A stretch of DNA of 64,000 nucleotides from an uncultured Micavibrio sp. Lineage in GTDB: Bacteria > Pseudomonadota > Alphaproteobacteria > Micavibrionales > UBA1664. The DNA lies in contig CAZHEE010000001.1 in NCBI GenBank assembly GCA_964531715.1, forward strand, positions 284,573 through 348,572, given 5' to 3'. Positions 29,084 to 39,095 of this stretch are shown here, in pieces. The notes under the pieces are model-generated. The model had not been told where the DNA came from. It made no database searches and saw only the letters and a program-made list of their open reading frames with translations. Position numbers and translations under genes: made by a program. Every line of letters begins with the position of its first letter. The first letter of the stretch is position 1.

Positions 29084-29401
29084 CTACTTCCTCAAACACC
29101 CTTGATATTGCTCAGCTAAACGGCGGTTTTTTTCCTGCTCCATTTGCGCCTGATTATACCAACCTTCGGCCTTGCGTTTGAAGCTCATGGCTTGCTCGCG
29201 CCAATAGTCTTCGCGGCAGCTTGGGGCAGGCATTGATTGATCTTGTGCAAAAATATTTTCATTCATATCATTTATCACGGTCGTGACCTCACCATCACCT
29301 GCGGTGCGCGTTTTATAGGGCGTATCGTCATATGATTTCATGGTTGAGCATGCCTGTAACCCTAATACAGCCAATCCGATTAATGCTAATTTCAATGTCA
29401 T
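29084..29401 (-). CDS. Small lipoprotein (hypothetical)
   Basis: 105-aa ORF with a signal peptide and lipobox (LGLQAC). Its 3' 118 nt are duplicated at 41371-41488. Confidence 0.6.
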   Translation of the reverse strand: MTLKLALIGLAVLGLQACSTMKSYDDTPYKTRTAGDGEVTTVINDMNENIFAQDQSMPAPSCREDYWREQAMSFKRKAEGWYNQAQMEQEKNRRLAEQYQGCLRK

Positions 29402-29546
29402 ATTTTAATCCTTTCATTTTTTCTATGGTCATAAAAACGATAGAGTGCGGGCTGTTGTTCCCTTTGTAAATTATAAAGCTTGAAATATCTTGCGCGTACG
29501 CTACTGTAATAGATGTTAAAAATCAACCGCTTGAGAGGTTTTTTCG

Positions 29547-30077
29547 ATGCCTAAAATTAAAGATACTACTTTTACGATTAAAGATATGCCTGAATTTCGG
29601 GATCGCGATGAGGTTTTGAGAATGCCGAAAGAAGCATTACTTGCCGATGCCGTGAAGGCAATGGTTGAGGCCAATTACGGTTCGATTATCGCAACAGAAG
29701 GGAAAACCGATAAGATTGCAGGCATTGTCACTGAACGTGATCTCATGACAAAAGTGCTTTATAAAAATATGAATTACAAAAAACTGAAGCTTGAAGATAT
29801 TATGACGGCACGGGTTCAAACGGCGAATGTCAATGATTCCGTAACAGATTGTCTGCGCCGCATGTCAAATGGTCGCTTCCGTCACATGCCTGTTATTGAT
29901 GATGAGGGTATTTTGGTCGGCATGATGTCACAAGGGGATTTTGTCGCCTACACATGGCCCGAGCTTTGGAAGCGCGTGAAGGAAGAGGCAAATATCGTCA
30001 TCCATAATAAATATCAGCCCTTACTCATTTTAGGCGGTGTTTTGATATATACTGCAATATTGCTCCTTTTCGTATAA
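29547..30077 (+). CDS. CBS domain-containing protein with a C-terminal TM anchor
   Basis: 176-aa ORF with two CBS-like units (GIVTERDLM..., GMMSQGDFV) and a hydrophobic C-terminus. Confidence 0.7.
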   Translation: MPKIKDTTFTIKDMPEFRDRDEVLRMPKEALLADAVKAMVEANYGSIIATEGKTDKIAGIVTERDLMTKVLYKNMNYKKLKLEDIMTARVQTANVNDSVTDCLRRMSNGRFRHMPVIDDEGILVGMMSQGDFVAYTWPELWKRVKEEANIVIHNKYQPLLILGGVLIYTAILLLFV

Positions 30078-30089
30078 GGAATTTTAATC

Positions 30090-30833
30090 ATGCGTTTCTC
30101 GTTTTTATTTATTGCCACGGCTCTTTTATTTCCACTATTGGCACAGGCTCAAAACACTACAACAGGGCTGCCGCAAGGGCAGACCGCACTGAATATTTCC
30201 GCAACCGAGTCGGTTGAGATTGATCAAGATCTGCTCGTTGCATCTTTACGGATACAGCATGAAGCCGAACAAGCCTCGGACGTGCAAAAGACGATTAATG
30301 AAACGATGGGCAAGGCTGTCGCGCTAGTGAAGCAATCACCTGACATCGATCTCCAAACGGGTCAATATTATGTCAGCCCTGATTACCGTCAAATCCGTAA
30401 TCAGGAAACGGGGGAGCGCACGCGCGAGATTGAGAAATGGCGCGGCTCTCAAACTTTGATTTTAAAGTCAAAAAATGCCGAAGATATTTTAAAAGTGACA
30501 GGGCAGTTGCAAGATATGGATTTTGTGATGAACAGCCTTAGTTATCAATTGTCGCCAGCGCTATACCAATCGACACGTGACTCACTTATGGAGGATACTG
30601 TTCAAGCACTGCAAAAACGCGCCGAACGCGTTGCAAGGGCTTTAGGTAAACAAACGGTCGATATCGTTGAGATTAATGTGGATGCCATGCCTAATATACC
30701 ACGCCCTGTCTATGCACGTGCCGCAATGATGGAGACTATGGCGATGGCAAGCGATGCAATGGCACCGCCAAGTGCAGAGGCTGGCAAAGACACGGTAAGT
30801 ATGACAATCAACGCCCGCGCGATTTTAGAATAA
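30090..30833 (+). CDS. SIMPL/DUF541 periplasmic protein
   Basis: 247-aa ORF with a signal peptide. Overall pattern matches the 26-kDa periplasmic immunogenic protein family (from recall). Confidence 0.55.
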   Translation: MRFSFLFIATALLFPLLAQAQNTTTGLPQGQTALNISATESVEIDQDLLVASLRIQHEAEQASDVQKTINETMGKAVALVKQSPDIDLQTGQYYVSPDYRQIRNQETGERTREIEKWRGSQTLILKSKNAEDILKVTGQLQDMDFVMNSLSYQLSPALYQSTRDSLMEDTVQALQKRAERVARALGKQTVDIVEINVDAMPNIPRPVYARAAMMETMAMASDAMAPPSAEAGKDTVSMTINARAILE

Positions 30834-30911
30834 AATTTTTTAGGAAGCTTGATTGCTTTATATAAATTTGCTTTAGTCGTAATTATATTCTAAATATAAG
30901 GAAAATCACTT

Positions 30912-31451
30912 ATGAATATTGATAAATTGCCTGCCGGTAAAGATGTCCCGAATGACTTGAATGTCATCATTGAAAATTCTAAAGGTGCCGTCCCTGTTAA
31001 ATATGAAATGGATAAGAGCACAGGCATGATGTTTGTTGACCGCTTTATCCATACACCGATGTTTTATCCGGCGAATTACGGCTTTATTCCGCATACGCTT
31101 GGCGGTGATGGTGACCCGTTGGATGTCATGGTTTTGGGTGAGATGCCTGTCGTTCCCGGCGCAGTTCTACGCTCCCGCCCTGTGGCTGTTTTATTGATGG
31201 AGGATGACGGCGGTCAGGATGAGAAAATTATCGCCGTGCCGGTTTCAAAAATGTTTCCCTATCATGATAATATTGCGGATCTAGATGATATCCGCCCGAT
31301 TATCAAGGAACAGATTGAACATTTCTTCACCCATTACAAAGACCTCGAAAAGGGTAAATGGGCTAAAATTCTCGGCTGGAAAGGCGCGGATGAGGCGAAA
31401 AAGCTTATCCTTGATGGCGTTGAGCGGCAGAATAATCAAAAAGCCGCATAA
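30912..31451 (+). CDS. ppa: Inorganic pyrophosphatase
   Basis: 179-aa ORF with VIIE..KG...KYE.D, YP.NYGFIP.T...DGDP.DV and DEK.IAV motifs. Confidence 0.95.
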   Translation: MNIDKLPAGKDVPNDLNVIIENSKGAVPVKYEMDKSTGMMFVDRFIHTPMFYPANYGFIPHTLGGDGDPLDVMVLGEMPVVPGAVLRSRPVAVLLMEDDGGQDEKIIAVPVSKMFPYHDNIADLDDIRPIIKEQIEHFFTHYKDLEKGKWAKILGWKGADEAKKLILDGVERQNNQKAA

Positions 31452-31503
31452 TAATTTGTTGAAAGTTAAACTTTATCGACTAATCTAGTGTCACAATTAA
31501 ATC

Positions 31504-32271
31504 TTGAAAGAACATTCCATGTCTGAAAAAGAAAATCAACAAACGCAACAACTTCCGCTTTTTTATTTAAAACCGATTTTGCTGGATGGAAAACGGCACC
31601 AAAACAAATCTTTGAAAAAAGATTTTGGTCTGGGCTTTACTTCTATGAGCAATGCTGTACCCGTTAACATGCTCGAATTACCGCAAGTTGCACATTTCTA
31701 CCCGATTGCTTTTTCGAATGATGGTATGGCAACGCCGGTTGCTATTTTGGGTGTACGTAATGATGAAAATTTATTCGTTAACGCAAAAGGCGAATGGAAA
31801 AATGATGCTTATATCCCGTCATATATCAGACGATATCCATTTATATTAACAGAAATGAACGATGGTCAATCTTTATCTTTATGTATTGATGACAACGCTA
31901 TTGTTTTGACAGAGGATGATTCAAACCCTTTATTTGATAGTGAGGCTCAACCAACTGAGCTGACGAAAAATGCGATGGAATTTTGCAAATCATATCATGC
32001 TGCTAGCCAGCAAACAGTTGAATTTTCAAAAGCATTGGCGGACAGCGGATTACTGATAGAAAGAACAGCAGAGCTAAGCCTGCAAAATGGTACGAAAGTT
32101 AATTTCTCTGGTTTTTGTATTATTGATGAAGAAAAATTTAATAAGCTTGATGATGATACATTCAATGAATGGCGCACCAAAGGTTGGATTGGTGCAATCT
32201 ATGCCCATTTATTTTCAGGATATCATTGGAATAACATTACTAAACTCCTCAATGAGCGTATGAAAAGCTAA
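31504..32271 (+). CDS. SapC family protein
   Basis: 255-aa ORF. The segment FYPIAF...PVAILG...NLFV...G.W....YIPSYIRRYPF matches the SapC-family pattern as I recall it. An alternative ATG is at 31519. Confidence 0.6.
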   Translation: MKEHSMSEKENQQTQQLPLFYLKPILLDGKRHQNKSLKKDFGLGFTSMSNAVPVNMLELPQVAHFYPIAFSNDGMATPVAILGVRNDENLFVNAKGEWKNDAYIPSYIRRYPFILTEMNDGQSLSLCIDDNAIVLTEDDSNPLFDSEAQPTELTKNAMEFCKSYHAASQQTVEFSKALADSGLLIERTAELSLQNGTKVNFSGFCIIDEEKFNKLDDDTFNEWRTKGWIGAIYAHLFSGYHWNNITKLLNERMKS

Positions 32272-32630
32272 TATTTAGGATAAAATTAATATTTCTAATG
32301 ATAAATACATTGCCCAAAATGAGATTTATTGAAATATTTAAGGTGGATGGAAGTTTCTCTGTTTAACCGAGCACACTTGGAGACTATAATAGATTAAAGT
32401 ATACCTGCGAAAAGATCGAAGCTACCTTTATATACTTATACCGCTAAAATGAAGGCGGATACCGAAAAAAACCTCACCGCGATTTATGATTCAGTTCAGG
32501 ACATTTTACGTACTGAGAACTTAGACCTTACCGTCACAATGCATTAGTCTTTCACATGACAATTCATAATAAGCGTGATACGCTTCAATCTTATAAATAA
32601 TAAGAAACGAAAAAGAGAGCATTAAGTTTT

Positions 32631-33269
32631 ATGCATATTGATAAATCCATCCCGACACGTGCCGTTGAAATCCTGATTTCAAAAATCTGCCATGACCTCG
32701 TCTCCCCTGTCGGGGCGGTTAATAACGGTATTGAGTTTTTATCCGAAATGGGTGCAGACGGGTTGCGGGATGGTTTGGGATTGATTGAGCATTCGGCACG
32801 GCAATCCTCTGTCCGCTTACAACTTTTCCGCATGTGTTACGGCGCGGGCGGAAGCGATGCGAAAGTCTCGGGTAAGATGATTTATGAGACACTCCAAAAT
32901 TTTCTTGAAGGCGGCAAAGTTTCACTGGATTGGGATTTGATGAATAATATGCCGGATGGTGAGCCGATAACAGGGCATATGAAAACGCTCCTCAATCTGG
33001 CGGTGTTTATTATAGAAGCCCTGCCGAAAGGTGGCTCACTCTCCATCACATGCGAAGATGGCTCTGAAACCATGATGGTTAAAGGAACAGGCGATATGGT
33101 TAAGCCGAAAGAAGGCTCGCTTGAGGCACTTCAAGGCAATCTTCCCATTGATGAGCTTACCCCTAAAGCCATTCACGGTTTTATTACGCGTGCCTATGCC
33201 GTTTTATTCGGTTTCACAATAAAAAGTGATATGAGCGAAGACAGCTTAACATTGACCCTGCATACATAG
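32631..33269 (+). CDS. ChpT-like histidine phosphotransferase
   Basis: 212-aa ORF. LISKICHDLVSPVGAVNNGIEFL is the H-box-like motif of the ChpT/HPTransfase family. It lies upstream of cheA. Confidence 0.65.
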   Translation: MHIDKSIPTRAVEILISKICHDLVSPVGAVNNGIEFLSEMGADGLRDGLGLIEHSARQSSVRLQLFRMCYGAGGSDAKVSGKMIYETLQNFLEGGKVSLDWDLMNNMPDGEPITGHMKTLLNLAVFIIEALPKGGSLSITCEDGSETMMVKGTGDMVKPKEGSLEALQGNLPIDELTPKAIHGFITRAYAVLFGFTIKSDMSEDSLTLTLHT

Positions 33270-33283
33270 GCGTGCCTATTGTT

Positions 33284-33365
33284 GTCATCCCGAGCGAAGT
33301 GTAACGAAGTCGAGGGATCTCATTCATAGATTCCTCCGCTCACTATGGTTCGGTCGGAATGACAC
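33284..33365. repeat. MITE-like palindromic element (GTCATCCCGAGCGAAG type)
   Basis: Sequence is gtcatcccgagcgaagtg...cattcataga...ttcggtcggaatgac with imperfect terminal inverted repeats. It is related to the copy at 41278-41349. Confidence 0.75.
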
Positions 33366-33521
33366 TATAAAATATCTAAATATTAAATCCCCTTTCCTTA
33401 CTTTTTGGTAAGACTTTTTCATTAGGATATACGAAGATGAGAATTGAAATTGCCCTTTTTGATGCGAACGGGTTAAGATTTGAACTGGTCTTAAAAGATT
33501 AAGTTGAATGTGGGGACATGA

Positions 33522-36275
33522 ATGGACGATTTGGTTGTTGAATTTATTGCAGAAACGAATGAGAGCCTCGGTCTCATTGATAATGACCTTATCGCGCTTG
33601 AACAAAACCCGAATGATAAAGAGATTATAGGAAACCTCTTTCGCCTTGTTCATACTATCAAAGGAACCTGCGGGTTTTTAGGGCTAAGCCGTCTTGAAAA
33701 ACTTGCACACCATGGCGAGAATGTCATGGGCCGCTTCCGTGACGGCGACTTGGAAGTTAAGGAAGAATATGTCACGCTCATCCTTGAGTCGGTTGACCAG
33801 ATTAAATATTTGATTGGCGAGCTGGAAACCACGGGCGCAGAGCCTGAGGGTGATGATGCCGCCCTGATTGAACGCCTTGATGCCGTCTATGAGGGTAGAG
33901 ATGGCGCGGCGGCAATGGTTGGAATTTCTCAAGAAGAGACACAAACCGATCCGAATGACATTGAAAGCCTGTCACGTGAGCCAAACCCGAATAATGAAGG
34001 CGGCTTAAGCGATTATGACATCGCTGTATTACAAGCGGCTTTTGACTCAGTGCCTTCATCGGATTCAGAAGAAGAAGAACAGCCCCAAGAGGAAGAGGCA
34101 AAACCTCAAGAAATTGTTACTGCAGCGAAGGCTGAACCTACAAAAGCGCAAGCGCCTGCGACAGCCCCCGCCGCGCCCGTGCAATCCCTTCGCGTGAATG
34201 TAGATGTGCTCGAAAATCTGATGACAATGGTGTCGGAACTAGTGCTAACCCGTAATCAACTTATGCAGATTTCAAGGCATCATAAGGAAACTGATTTTTC
34301 CATGCCACTACAGCGGCTCAACCATGTTGTGTCGGATTTGCAGGAAGGCGTGATGAAAACGCGCATGCAACCTGTCGGCAATGCTTGGGCGAAATTGCCG
34401 CGGATTATCCGTGACATCTCAGTCGAGCTGGAAAAGAAAATCAATCTGGACATGCAGGGGCAGGAAACTGAGCTTGACCGTCAAGTGCTTGACCTTATTA
34501 AAGATCCGCTGACCCATATGGTCAGAAATTCTGCAGATCATGGGATTGAATCACCTGCAGACCGTGCGGCAGTGGGCAAGCCGGAAACAGGGACAATCGT
34601 CCTGAATGCCTTTCATGAAGGCGGGCATATCATCATGGAAATTAAGGATGATGGTAAAGGGTTGAATACGGCCCGTATTCGCGAGAAAGCCCTGGAAAAC
34701 GGTGTTGCAACGGAAGAAGAATTGCAATCCATGACGCCAAAGCAGATAAACCAGTTTATCTTTGCGGCAGGATTCTCAACTGCGGCGGCGGTGACCGCTG
34801 TTTCGGGACGCGGTGTCGGTATGGATGTTGTACGAACCAATATTGAGAAAATCGGCGGCACGATTGACCTTGATTCCGTTGAAGGTGAAGGCACAACAGT
34901 CAGTATCAAAATTCCGCTGACGCTTGCCATCGTCTCTGCCTTGATTGTGGAGGCAACGGGCGAGCGTTTCGCCATACCGCAATTGGCGGTGCAGGAGCTT
35001 GTGATGGCCTCCGCCCATGGTGAAAACAAGATTGAGATGATAAAAGGAGCGCCCGTTTATCGTCTGCGTGACCGCTTGCTTCCGCTTGTTTATCTAAATG
35101 ACCTTTTGAAACTCAAACCTTCAAAACAGTCGCATGATGAGACCTTAGAAGAAAACGCCGTCAATGATAACCGCTATATCGTGGTCACAAAGGTGGGTGC
35201 CTATAATTTTGGGATCGTGGTTGACCGTGTCTATGACACCGAAGAAATCGTTGTGAAGCCCGTGGCCTCAATCCTCAAAGATATTGAATTATTTTCAGGG
35301 AACACAATCCTTGGCGACGGAACGGTGATTATGATCCTCGACCCGGGCGGGATTGCCCGTGCGACAGGCGATATCAATGTCTCCGACACGGCGGAGAAAA
35401 AAGTTGAAACTCAAACGTCAAAAGGGCGTAAGAAAACCAGCCTGCTCCTCTTTAAGGCACATGACGGCACGCCGAATGCCGTTCCTCTTCAGCTTGTTTC
35501 TCGTCTAGAAGATGTAAAGGTCAGCAATATCGAACACTCTAATGGGCGGATGATGATTCAATATCGTGATACGCTCATGCCTCTCGTCAAATTTGATGAT
35601 CGCATGGATATTCCGACAGAAGGTGAACAACCAACGCTTGTGTTCTCGGACGGGCGGCGGTCAATGGGCCTGATGGTCGGCGAGATTATAGATATTCTGG
35701 AAGATTATATTAACGTTCAGATTAACTCCGATAATGAGGCCTGCCTCGGTTCGGCGATTATTGACGGGCATGCAACGGATGTTATTAATGTTGGTTACTA
35801 TCTGACTCAAGCCTATGGTGACTGGTTCGCAGACCATGGCGAGGAGGATTTTTCCGATGATGAAGAATTTATGGATGAACAGAAGAAAATCCTGATTGTT
35901 GATGACAGCCCGTTTTTCAGGAATATGCTCGCCCCTATCCTCGGCGTTGCTGGCTACACTGTTGAAACGGCGGAAACAGGCGCAGATGCGCTTGATATGC
36001 TTGAGAATAACGGAAATTTCGATGCAATTATCAGTGATATCGAAATGCCGGGCATGAATGGCTTTGAGCTTGCCCAAAATCTGAAAAACAGTCGCTGGAA
36101 GAATATTCCGCTTGTTGCCCTGACATCCCATGCCACAGCAAAAGATATTGAGCGTGGGAAGTCTGTCGGCTTCCGTGAATATGTCGCAAAATTTGACCGT
36201 GAAACATTGCTTAATGCCCTCTCGGATACTTTGCGTGATGCCAAACATATTGAATCAGAAGCAGGAGTGGCCTAG
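33522..36275 (+). CDS. cheA: Chemotaxis histidine kinase CheA, hybrid with two CheW-like domains and a C-terminal receiver
   Basis: 917-aa ORF. It contains P1 (LVHTIKGTCGFLG), an acidic linker, and the kinase core (DPLTHMVRNSADHGIE, DDGKGL, GRGVGMDVV). Two CheW-like segments follow, then a receiver (ILIVDDSP...ISDIEMPGMNG...). Confidence 0.9.
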   Translation: MDDLVVEFIAETNESLGLIDNDLIALEQNPNDKEIIGNLFRLVHTIKGTCGFLGLSRLEKLAHHGENVMGRFRDGDLEVKEEYVTLILESVDQIKYLIGELETTGAEPEGDDAALIERLDAVYEGRDGAAAMVGISQEETQTDPNDIESLSREPNPNNEGGLSDYDIAVLQAAFDSVPSSDSEEEEQPQEEEAKPQEIVTAAKAEPTKAQAPATAPAAPVQSLRVNVDVLENLMTMVSELVLTRNQLMQISRHHKETDFSMPLQRLNHVVSDLQEGVMKTRMQPVGNAWAKLPRIIRDISVELEKKINLDMQGQETELDRQVLDLIKDPLTHMVRNSADHGIESPADRAAVGKPETGTIVLNAFHEGGHIIMEIKDDGKGLNTARIREKALENGVATEEELQSMTPKQINQFIFAAGFSTAAAVTAVSGRGVGMDVVRTNIEKIGGTIDLDSVEGEGTTVSIKIPLTLAIVSALIVEATGERFAIPQLAVQELVMASAHGENKIEMIKGAPVYRLRDRLLPLVYLNDLLKLKPSKQSHDETLEENAVNDNRYIVVTKVGAYNFGIVVDRVYDTEEIVVKPVASILKDIELFSGNTILGDGTVIMILDPGGIARATGDINVSDTAEKKVETQTSKGRKKTSLLLFKAHDGTPNAVPLQLVSRLEDVKVSNIEHSNGRMMIQYRDTLMPLVKFDDRMDIPTEGEQPTLVFSDGRRSMGLMVGEIIDILEDYINVQINSDNEACLGSAIIDGHATDVINVGYYLTQAYGDWFADHGEEDFSDDEEFMDEQKKILIVDDSPFFRNMLAPILGVAGYTVETAETGADALDMLENNGNFDAIISDIEMPGMNGFELAQNLKNSRWKNIPLVALTSHATAKDIERGKSVGFREYVAKFDRETLLNALSDTLRDAKHIESEAGVA

Positions 36276-36277
36276 AT

Positions 36278-36778
36278 ATGACCTCAGCTCAACTTGGCGG
36301 TGAAGTCACCAACTTCAAACGCAAACGCCTCGGTCTCGATGATGATTTTATCCCGAAAACGGATTATCTGACCGTACATCTTTATGACCAAATTTTCGGT
36401 ATTCCTGTTTTGCAAATTCAGGATGTCTTGCGGAGTATGCAAGTAACGAAAGTACCGCTTGCCCCTGCCGAAGTCTCGGGCGCACTTAATTTACGCGGGC
36501 GCATTGTCACGGCGATTAATGTCCGCCGCTCGCTTGGGCTGCCTGAATATGAGGGTGATAATACGCCGTTAAGTGTTGTGATTGAAATGAATCATGAGCT
36601 TTACAGCCTGACGATTGATAAGGTTGGGGATGTGGTTTCTTTAACTGACAGCGATGTTGAGACAAGCCCACCAACACTTGACCCGATGTGGCGTGATATT
36701 TCAAATGGAATTTATAAAACAGATAAACAATTAATGTTAATACTGGATGTTCATAAACTCTTGGATGCCGTACATTAA
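36278..36778 (+). CDS. cheW: Chemotaxis coupling protein CheW
   Basis: 166-aa ORF with a CheW-like fold pattern (FGIPVLQIQDV...LRGRIVTAINV). It starts 2 nt after the cheA stop. Confidence 0.85.
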   Translation: MTSAQLGGEVTNFKRKRLGLDDDFIPKTDYLTVHLYDQIFGIPVLQIQDVLRSMQVTKVPLAPAEVSGALNLRGRIVTAINVRRSLGLPEYEGDNTPLSVVIEMNHELYSLTIDKVGDVVSLTDSDVETSPPTLDPMWRDISNGIYKTDKQLMLILDVHKLLDAVH

Positions 36779-36808
36779 CTAGAGACTTAATAAAAAGGAT
36801 TAAAGCAC

Positions 36809-37174
36809 ATGAAAACATGTCTGGTTGTGGATGATAGCCGTGTTGTCCGTAAGGTCGCGAGGCGCATAGTCGGGGATTTAGGCTTTGAAGTAATTGAAGC
36901 GGAAGATGGCGTTGTTGCCCTTGAGGCCTGCCGCGAGGCGATGCCGACCAGTGTTCTTCTCGACTGGAACATGCCGAATATGTCGGGAATTGAATTTCTG
37001 CAAGCTTTGCGCAAAGAACCGAATGGAAATTCGCCGATTGTTATTTTCTGCACAACCGAAAATGATATGAGTTTCATCCAAAAGGCATTAGAAGCCGGCG
37101 CGAATGAATATATTATGAAGCCGTTTGATAGCGACATCGTCGAAACAAAGTTTAAACAGGTCGGCTTGCTATAG
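36809..37174 (+). CDS. cheY: Chemotaxis response regulator CheY
   Basis: 121-aa single receiver domain (LVVDDS...LLDWNMPNMSG...KPF) within the che operon. Confidence 0.85.
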   Translation: MKTCLVVDDSRVVRKVARRIVGDLGFEVIEAEDGVVALEACREAMPTSVLLDWNMPNMSGIEFLQALRKEPNGNSPIVIFCTTENDMSFIQKALEAGANEYIMKPFDSDIVETKFKQVGLL

Positions 37175-37176
37175 GG

Positions 37177-38244
37177 ATGAGCCAGAAAATACGCGTCCTT
37201 CATGTTGATGATTCTGCCGTTATTCGCAGTATCTTAAGACGTATTATCCAGTCTGATGATGGTCTGGAGCTGATTACCTCTGCCATCAATGGTGAGGAAG
37301 GCGTTAAGGCGTATCAGGAACATAAACCCGATATCGTCATTCTGGATATTGAAATGCCTGTCATGGACGGGATTGAGGCTCTCCGTCAAATTATCGCGCA
37401 TGATAAAAATGCAAGGGTGATGATGTGTTCAACACTCACCTTGAATAATGCTGAAATTGCACTGAAAGCCATGGCCATCGGGGCGCTTGATTATATCGCA
37501 AAACCGACCAGCGCGACAGAGGTCAACTCATCCGATGATTTTAGAACACAACTCATCCATAAGGTTAAATCCATCCAAACGGGAAACGTAAGGGCGAAAC
37601 AGCCTCAAATCATTGGTGGTATGCCTGTGCCTGACAAAGAGATTGCATTGCGCCCTGCCCCACCGCTTCACTGGAAACCGAAAGTGATTGCCGTCGGGTC
37701 ATCAACAGGCGGGCCTCAGGCTTTACTAGAATTTATGAAGGGTATGGGAGGCATGAAAGTACCGATCGTCATTACGCAACATATGCCGCCGACCTTTACA
37801 ACCTTGCTTGCCAAAAATATTACGAATACTTGCGGCATTCCTTGTCATGAGGCTGAGGATGATATGCCGCTTAAAGCTGGTGAGGCCATCCTTGCCCGTG
37901 GTGGCAAACATATGATTTTTGAGAAAACAGCTTCTGGGGTAAAAGTAAAACTTTCCGATACACCGCCTGAAAATTTCTGCAAACCTGCTGTTGACCCGAT
38001 GATACGGTCTTTAATGGAACAATATAGCAGTAATATAGTAACAGTAATGCTGACAGGGATGGGACATGACGGGCAAAAATCTGTAAAAGAGCTGGTCGAT
38101 AAAGGTGGCTATGCCATCGCGCAGGATCAGGGAACAAGTGTCGTTTGGGGCATGCCTGGGGCGATTGCAATGGATGGCTCATGCTCCGCCGTTCTTCCTT
38201 TGACCGATTTGGCACCATGGATAAAACAGCATGTTAATTTTTAA
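37177..38244 (+). CDS. cheB: Protein-glutamate methylesterase CheB
   Basis: 355-aa ORF with a receiver domain plus the methylesterase domain (IAVGSSTGGPQAL, ITQHMPP.FT, GMG.DG motifs). Confidence 0.9.
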   Translation: MSQKIRVLHVDDSAVIRSILRRIIQSDDGLELITSAINGEEGVKAYQEHKPDIVILDIEMPVMDGIEALRQIIAHDKNARVMMCSTLTLNNAEIALKAMAIGALDYIAKPTSATEVNSSDDFRTQLIHKVKSIQTGNVRAKQPQIIGGMPVPDKEIALRPAPPLHWKPKVIAVGSSTGGPQALLEFMKGMGGMKVPIVITQHMPPTFTTLLAKNITNTCGIPCHEAEDDMPLKAGEAILARGGKHMIFEKTASGVKVKLSDTPPENFCKPAVDPMIRSLMEQYSSNIVTVMLTGMGHDGQKSVKELVDKGGYAIAQDQGTSVVWGMPGAIAMDGSCSAVLPLTDLAPWIKQHVNF

Positions 38245-38263
38245 ATGTGAAAGATAAAAACTA

Positions 38264-39094
38264 ATGGCGATTGATGCGACCGACTTCAAAATTTATCAGG
38301 ATTTTCTTTATAAGGAATCCGGCTATGCCATTGCGCCTGAAAAATCTTACCTTCTTGAGTCGCGATTAAACGTTGTCGTGAAAAAGATGGAGTTAGAGGA
38401 TTTCAAGGCTCTGACTGCCAAAATCAGGGCGAATGATCCTGTTGCCCGTCACAATGTGATTGAGGCAATGACAATTAACGAGACGTTCTTTTTTCGTGAT
38501 ACACATCCGTTTGATCGTTTTCGTGATGTTATATTACCGAAACTGGTTGAGAATAAGCCTGCCGGCTCAACAATTCGCATTTGGTGCGCGGCCTGTTCCA
38601 GCGGGCAAGAGCCCTATTCTCTCGCCATTATTCTGAAAGAAAATATGGCGAAATATGCAAGCTATAAATTTGAGATTATCGCCACCGACCTGTCCGAAGA
38701 TATTTTGCAAGTTGCAAAAACAGGAAAGTACACACAATTCGAGGTTCAGCGCGGCATGCCGATTACGCTTCTTATTAAATATTTCATGCAGGAAGGTTCA
38801 GACTGGTTTATTAAGGATGATATCAAATCCATGGTTCGGTTTGAGAAGTTCAATTTAATGGACAGTATGGCAAAATACGGCACGCTGGACGTTATCTTCT
38901 GCCGCAATGTCTTGATTTATTTTGACCCTGACACCAAACGCAAGGTCTTGGACGAGCTTTACAAACGATGTGCAAAGCATGGTTTCTTAACACTTGGCGG
39001 CGCGGAGACAGTCGTTGCAGTCACAGATAAATTCAAACCAATGCCCAACGAGCGCGGGCTTTACTTACCGCATGACAGCGCCTATCTCACTTAA
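38264..39094 (+). CDS. cheR: Chemotaxis protein methyltransferase CheR
   Basis: 276-aa ORF with TINETFFFRD, IWCAACSSGQEPYSLAI and IFCRNVLIYFD motifs. Confidence 0.9.
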   Translation: MAIDATDFKIYQDFLYKESGYAIAPEKSYLLESRLNVVVKKMELEDFKALTAKIRANDPVARHNVIEAMTINETFFFRDTHPFDRFRDVILPKLVENKPAGSTIRIWCAACSSGQEPYSLAIILKENMAKYASYKFEIIATDLSEDILQVAKTGKYTQFEVQRGMPITLLIKYFMQEGSDWFIKDDIKSMVRFEKFNLMDSMAKYGTLDVIFCRNVLIYFDPDTKRKVLDELYKRCAKHGFLTLGGAETVVAVTDKFKPMPNERGLYLPHDSAYLT

Positions 39095-39095
39095 A

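Noticed and set aside
32272-32630. Checked the 359-bp spacer upstream of the ChpT-like gene for CtrA boxes (TTAA-N7-TTAA) and for a small gene
   Set aside because: No TTAA-N7-TTAA match was found by eye. A 32-codon ORF (MKADTEKNLTAIYDSVQDILRTENLDLTVTMH) exists but has no RBS or family support, so it is not reported as a feature.
33324-33653. 109-aa minus-strand ORF
   Set aside because: It spans the MITE and the 5' end of cheA in antisense, with no coding signal.
34613-36248. Several 80-195-aa minus-strand ORFs inside cheA (34613-35029, 34776-35018, 35661-36248, 35954-36244)
   Set aside because: They are antisense to a well-supported 917-aa CheA. Their compositions are typical of shadow frames.
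36787-37203. 138-aa minus-strand ORF
   Set aside because: It is antisense to cheY and spans the cheY-cheB junction, so it is a shadow ORF.
38994-39095. Upstream extension of the DUF924 ORF
   Set aside because: It overlaps the 3' end of cheR in another frame. The DUF924 similarity starts at the ATG at 39096, directly after the cheR stop.
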